Below are positions 59,825 to 64,000 of a DNA stretch of 64,000 bases, one piece after another. The stretch is from Planctomycetota bacterium. GTDB lineage: Bacteria; Planctomycetota; PLA2; JAEUHO01. The notes under the pieces are model-generated. The model was not told the DNA's origin. It was given only the letters and a program-made list of their open reading frames with translations, and did no database searches. Position numbers and translations under genes: made by a program. How positions within the stretch are numbered: position 1 is the stretch's first letter; each line of letters begins with the position of its first letter. Location: positions 864,001-928,000 of the forward strand of contig CBDCTJ010000007.1 in assembly GCA_965222115.1 (NCBI GenBank), in the 5' to 3' direction.

Positions 59825-60346
59825 TTAGCTTTTCGGCACCTCGAACACATCATCTGGCGCCAGCCTAAAGCCTCGAATCACATCGGAGTTGGCGCGTTTT
59901 GCGCCCTTGAACGTGCGAACCTCGTTGAGGCAAACGACGTCGATCGTTCGCTGCTCGCCGTCCACGAGCCACACTTCCTTGACACCGAGTCCCAGTAACC
60001 GTCTGGTCTTGAAATCACGATCTCGCTTCTTGGTGGACGGGGACAAGATCTCGAATACGGCCAGCGGCACGCCGACATACTGGTCGTCGTCGGCGGGCAC
60101 GCGATCAAGAACGACGATGTCGGGGACGAACACGTTGATTTCGTCAACCAACACATCGACCGGTCCTGGAACGGCACGGGCCGTTTCTACGAGTGAATGC
60201 AGCCGTTTCAAAATGGCGGCCTGAACTCGTTGGTGACCATAGCGCGGTGACGGCTGTCTAACGAGCATTCCATCACACAGCTCCACGCGGGTGCCTTCGG
60301 GGAGCAGTTCGTATTCTTTTCGGGTGGTGAGTGTTGTCATTTCCAT
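59825..60346 (-). CDS. Uma2/DUF820 restriction-endonuclease-like protein
   Basis: EL.DG, P.P...H, PDI.V, EILSPST...D...K, GV.E.WLVD motifs. Confidence 0.88.
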   Translation of the reverse strand: MEMTTLTTRKEYELLPEGTRVELCDGMLVRQPSPRYGHQRVQAAILKRLHSLVETARAVPGPVDVLVDEINVFVPDIVVLDRVPADDDQYVGVPLAVFEILSPSTKKRDRDFKTRRLLGLGVKEVWLVDGEQRTIDVVCLNEVRTFKGAKRANSDVIRGFRLAPDDVFEVPKS

Positions 60347-60482
60347 ATCACTATAACGCACAAGGGCCGGTAGGGTCACACCCTCATTCGAGCATTCATG
60401 CGCTCTTCGCCGTGACTGAAGGTCCTTGGCGGTAGACGCGGGGGGCCTATATCTTCTTCAGCAATCACAGGGAGCCCGGATT

Positions 60483-61307
60483 GTGAACGTTCTTCAACGC
60501 CTTCTCCTCAAGCGCGTCCGGAACATGGCGCGTCGCCAGGCGAATCAAGAGTTCTTCGAACGCTTGTTGGCGCAAGCGCACCGCGGCATGAACGTAGGTG
60601 GGGGAGGGAGCGTTGAGGCGAGTGGCGAGCACCAGGTGTTTTCGCTGGTTGAGCAGTGCGGCAGGAACGGCATCGTTGTCTTCGATGTGGGCGCGAATAT
60701 CGGTGACTACGCCCGGGCGGCGCGCGCGCACTTGGGAACGAACGCGCGGATATATTCGTTTGAGCCATCACCGCGAGTATTCGCTACGTTGAAACAGGCG
60801 GTCGCGTCGGTTTCGGTCGAGGCGTTTAATATCGGACTCGGGAATGCGAAAGGCGTAAGCACGCTGCACTTCGATCCGGAGGCAATGTCTTTGTCGTCAC
60901 TTTACCGGCGTGACCTTGCGCATGTCGGACGGGAACTGGAAGAGTCCGAAGATGTTGCCATTGAGCGTCTTGACGCATTCTGCCAGGCAAACGGGATCGA
61001 CTACATTAGCCTTCTCAAACTCGACGTCGAGGGCCACGAACTCAAGGTACTAGAGGGTGCGGGCGAATACTTGGCCGGCGGTGCCATTCACATGATTCAG
61101 TTTGAATTTGGCGGTTGCAATGTGGACTCGCGGACGTACGTGCGCGATTTCCATGCCCTGCTCTCGCCGCAGTATGACCTCTACCGTGTGCTCGCGCGCG
61201 GCTTTCGCAAGATTGAGTCCTACGACCCCACGTTGGAGATCTTTACGACGACCAATTATCTTGCCTGCCTACGTGGTCTCGACGTGAGTGTGCCGCTTGC
61301 AGAGTAG
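60483..61307 (+). CDS. FkbM-family methyltransferase
   Basis: FDVGANIG, SFEP, LKLDVEGHE..VL.G, IQFE motifs; GTG after GGGAG. Confidence 0.9.
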   Translation: MNVLQRLLLKRVRNMARRQANQEFFERLLAQAHRGMNVGGGGSVEASGEHQVFSLVEQCGRNGIVVFDVGANIGDYARAARAHLGTNARIYSFEPSPRVFATLKQAVASVSVEAFNIGLGNAKGVSTLHFDPEAMSLSSLYRRDLAHVGRELEESEDVAIERLDAFCQANGIDYISLLKLDVEGHELKVLEGAGEYLAGGAIHMIQFEFGGCNVDSRTYVRDFHALLSPQYDLYRVLARGFRKIESYDPTLEIFTTTNYLACLRGLDVSVPLAE

Positions 61308-61372
61308 CCCAAGGCCGCTCCATGGCGTGCACGAGACGTCATGCTTGGAGAGTTACGCCAAAAAACGTTGCC

Positions 61373-61651
61373 CTACGAGTCGGTACTTGTCACTTTGGGT
61401 GCGGGCGCGCTCGCCGCCTCACCCCCATCTTCGCCAATGGCTTCTACGGGGCAGCCTTCCATGGCTTCCAGGCAGAGTTCGCGCTCTTCTTCGTTCTCGG
61501 GCTGCTTGTAGACGAAGGAATAGCCTTTGTCGTCGTTGCGTGTGAAGCACGCAGGCGCCGTTTCGCGACAGGCATCACAGTCAATGCATTGATCATCGAC
61601 GTAAAACGGTCCCGACACGTTGTCGGGCAATTTGCAGTCCTTGTCGGCCAC
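61373..61651 (-). CDS. Ferredoxin (single 4Fe-4S cluster)
   Basis: CIDCDAC...CPVEAI motif; AGGAG RBS. Confidence 0.88.
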   Translation of the reverse strand: MADKDCKLPDNVSGPFYVDDQCIDCDACRETAPACFTRNDDKGYSFVYKQPENEEERELCLEAMEGCPVEAIGEDGGEAASAPAPKVTSTDS

Positions 61652-61735
61652 CGGAACAGTCTCCTGATTGAGTCCGCGTAGCGTAGCTGCCGCGGGGGGC
61701 AGGGCAGACCATTTTGTGCCTGCCGGGAGGTCGAG

Positions 61736-62767
61736 TTACGACCCCAGGACTTCGCGAAACAGCGCCCGCTGAATATGAAGACGATTGGCGGCCTGCTGTC
61801 GAACCAGGCTGCGGGGTCCGTCGATCACGCGATCCTCAACTTCTACGTTTCGGCGTACGGGCATCGCGTGAAGTACATGAGCGTCGTTTGTGGTGGCCAT
61901 GCGTTCGTGCGTGACGCACCAGTCGCGGTAACGATTTCGAAGCGAGGCGTGGGCCTCGGGTTCGGCCATCACGTTCAAGCTCCCCCACGGTGCGGCATAC
62001 ACGGCATCGGCACCTTCGAGTGCACCGTCCATCGTGTCATACGTCTGAAACGATGCGCCGGCGTCCCCCGTTGCACGGCGAATGGTTTCTGTGACCTCGG
62101 TGTCGAGGGGAAACTCGGGCGGCCGCGCAATGCGCAGGTTCATGCCGAGTTGACTTGCCATCAACCCCACGCCATGCGGCACGGCCAGGGGGCGCGCAGA
62201 GGGATGGTACGTCCAGGTGAGCGCGAGGGTCTTGCCCTTTGTTTCTCCCCACGCCTCCGTAAGCGTCAATCCATCGCCCCACGCCTGGCACGGGTGATCA
62301 AGCACGCTTTCCATATTGAAGATAGGAACCGAAGCGTGCTTTTGAAAGGAGACGATCACCATGTCGCGCCGCTCACGTGCCCAATCGCGCTTACCTGCCA
62401 AGGCGCGAATCGCAATGACGTCGGCGTATTCGGAAAGTACCGCCGCGGCATCACATACATGTTCGTCGGCCAAGCCATCCATGACGGCGCCGTCACGAAA
62501 CTCAAGCGGCCACAAGTCGCGACCGGCGTTCATGTCGATCACCGAACCGCCTAGCGATTGAAACGCGATGGAAAACGACGCGCGCGTGCGCAAGCTCGGA
62601 TCGAAGAACACCATGGCCATGGAACGGCCCTGAAGTACGGGCTCGGGGTCCTTGCCTTTTAGCGCGATCGCGCGATCAATGACGTGTCGTAGTTCGGCGG
62701 GCGAAAACGTGTCGAGGGTCACGACATCGCGCCCGCGAATCGAAGGGGTGGAGACGGCGGTACTCAT
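61736..62767 (-). CDS. N-acetylornithine carbamoyltransferase-like (ArgF')
   Basis: SLRTR, E.R.G.VMDG..DEH insert, HPCQ, TWTYHP, PVRRN, QA.NR motifs. Confidence 0.82.
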   Translation of the reverse strand: MSTAVSTPSIRGRDVVTLDTFSPAELRHVIDRAIALKGKDPEPVLQGRSMAMVFFDPSLRTRASFSIAFQSLGGSVIDMNAGRDLWPLEFRDGAVMDGLADEHVCDAAAVLSEYADVIAIRALAGKRDWARERRDMVIVSFQKHASVPIFNMESVLDHPCQAWGDGLTLTEAWGETKGKTLALTWTYHPSARPLAVPHGVGLMASQLGMNLRIARPPEFPLDTEVTETIRRATGDAGASFQTYDTMDGALEGADAVYAAPWGSLNVMAEPEAHASLRNRYRDWCVTHERMATTNDAHVLHAMPVRRNVEVEDRVIDGPRSLVRQQAANRLHIQRALFREVLGS

Positions 62768-62788
62768 GGGCGGAGCCTACGACGCGCC

Positions 62789-63013
62789 TTGCGAAATCCG
62801 AATGAGGTTCGCTACCCGACGCTGCCCATGTTGGTTGCGCTCAAGTTGGCGTCCGGAAAGTGGGGGAAACGACCCCGTGACCTAGCGGATGTCATGGCAC
62901 TGATTCGGACGTGCGAACTCTTGCCAGACTTCGCCACGTCACTGCCCGATACCTTGCGCCAGGACTTTCTGGCCGCGCATCGTGCCGTGGCCGAAGAGCG
63001 AGACATCGAATAG
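62789..63013 (+). pseudogene. C-terminal fragment of a nucleotidyltransferase-like protein
   Basis: L..LV.LKLASG....RPRDLADV..LI resembles the C-terminal helices of DUF6036/AbiEii-like NTases; no room for the N-terminal half. Confidence 0.5.
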
Positions 63014-63052
63014 GCCGAGGTCCCGATGGGCGTGGATTTGGTGGGTTCGGGC

Positions 63053-63080
63053 TTGACGTAAGTAACCGCTTACTTACTAT
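63053..63080 (+). promoter_or_regulatory. Sigma70-like promoter with overlapping palindromic operator
   Basis: TTGACG (63053-63058) -16 nt- TACTAT (63075-63080); palindrome GTAAGTAA-CCGC-TTACTTAC at 63058-63077. Confidence 0.75.
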
Positions 63081-63087
63081 TCGGGGC

Positions 63088-63720
63088 ATGGCCCATTCAA
63101 CCACCCGACGAAGTCACGCCGAGCGCCGTAAACAGATCTCGGAAGCAGCACTTTCGATCATTGCCACGGAGGGGGCGACCTCGCTCACGACCAAGACATT
63201 GGCGGCGGCGGTGGGTGTTTCGACCGGCGCACTCTTCCGTCATTTTGAGTCGTTGGACGCGGTGCTTACCGAGGCCACCGTTCGTGCAATTACCCACGTC
63301 GATGCCACGTTCCCGGATGGGCCGCTTGCACCGGTCGAAGCGCTCCGCACGCTTGCGATCGCGCGTATCGGGCTGCTCAACCGTCGGCCAGGGATCGCGT
63401 GGTTGTTGCGCTCGTCGCAAGCACCGCTCGTGTTGCCGGAAGAGGCCGTCTTGCGTCTCAGAGAACTCGTCAAACGCAGTCGGCAGTTCATCCGTCGTGC
63501 GCTGCGTCGTGGCATGCGCGATGGATCGTTTCGAAGCGACGTTTCGCTCGACGTATTGATGATGGCGTTTACGTCCACCGTGCACGCACTTGTTCGCCGC
63601 CCGAGCATGCATGGCAAGCGTGCGAAAAATCCCGCGCGTTCCATCGATGGCTTGATGGCACTTCTGACCCCAATCCCCCGTGACAGCGACCCCCGGAATC
63701 GTTCAAGGAGTTCACGATGA
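63088..63720 (+). CDS. TetR-family regulator
   Basis: RRKQI..AA..I....G...LT...LA..VGVS.GALFRHF HTH. Confidence 0.92.
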   Translation: MAHSTTRRSHAERRKQISEAALSIIATEGATSLTTKTLAAAVGVSTGALFRHFESLDAVLTEATVRAITHVDATFPDGPLAPVEALRTLAIARIGLLNRRPGIAWLLRSSQAPLVLPEEAVLRLRELVKRSRQFIRRALRRGMRDGSFRSDVSLDVLMMAFTSTVHALVRRPSMHGKRAKNPARSIDGLMALLTPIPRDSDPRNRSRSSR

Positions 63721-64000
63721 CCACAGTCAATTTGTCCGCAAACACGCCGGTTGGCGAGATTGCCGCCGCGGCGCCATTGGCGACCCGCGTGTTTGCACGC
63801 CACGGCATCGATTTCTGTTGTGGTGGTGGTGTGCCGCTCAGTCAGGCGTGCGCAAAACGCGATCTAATCGTCGACACGGTTCTTGAAGAGATTCAGAAAG
63901 AGATCGCCGATGCGCCAAATGATGTGCGCTCATGGGCCGAAGCGCCGCTCCCCGAACTGATCGAGCACATTTTGACCGTCTATCACCGCCCGCTCGATGA
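63717..64000 (+). CDS. ric: Iron-sulfur cluster repair di-iron protein (Ric/YtfE/ScdA), 3'-partial
   Basis: MTTVNLSANTPVGEIA...RVFARHGIDFCCGG...LIEHIL..YH; AAGGAG RBS; ATGA overlap with tetR. Not in the ORF track. Confidence 0.9.
   Translation, partial: MTTVNLSANTPVGEIAAAAPLATRVFARHGIDFCCGGGVPLSQACAKRDLIVDTVLEEIQKEIADAPNDVRSWAEAPLPELIEHILTVYHRPLD

Noticed and set aside
1-64000. tRNA, rRNA, riboswitch or prophage genes
   Set aside because: None recognised by eye; tRNAscan-SE and Infernal were not run.

Overview
GC-rich bacterial chromosomal window. The gene content (DUF1501/DUF1800 pairs, multiheme-TPR, GxxExxY) suggests a Planctomycetota-like organism, but this is inference only. In order it contains: (1) a type I-C CRISPR-Cas locus (cas3 partial, cas5, cas8c with a probable internal cas11, cas7, cas4, cas1, cas2) with a 33-repeat array; (2) housekeeping and beta-oxidation genes; (3) a group II intron inserted exactly into one arm of a REP-like inverted-repeat family that brackets a GxxExxY nuclease gene; (4) a diheme peroxidase, a Lon-like protease, and two tandem DUF1800-DUF1501 pairs plus a GSDH lipoprotein, the three lipoproteins sharing one N-terminal Ig module; (5) peptidases, a transporter and a 250-bp MITE; (6) a ~10.6-kb decayed island bounded by a duplicated thiolase 3' end, carrying a parA remnant, a signal-peptide RHS gene interrupted by two in-frame TGA codons with a caspase-like C-terminal domain, a HEAT-repeat partner and nested IS66 sequences; (7) a histone-H1-like/MqnD-like fusion, kbl, a pentaheme TPR protein, argF' and a TetR-ric operon. 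All family assignments come from motif recognition by eye; no database searches were run.
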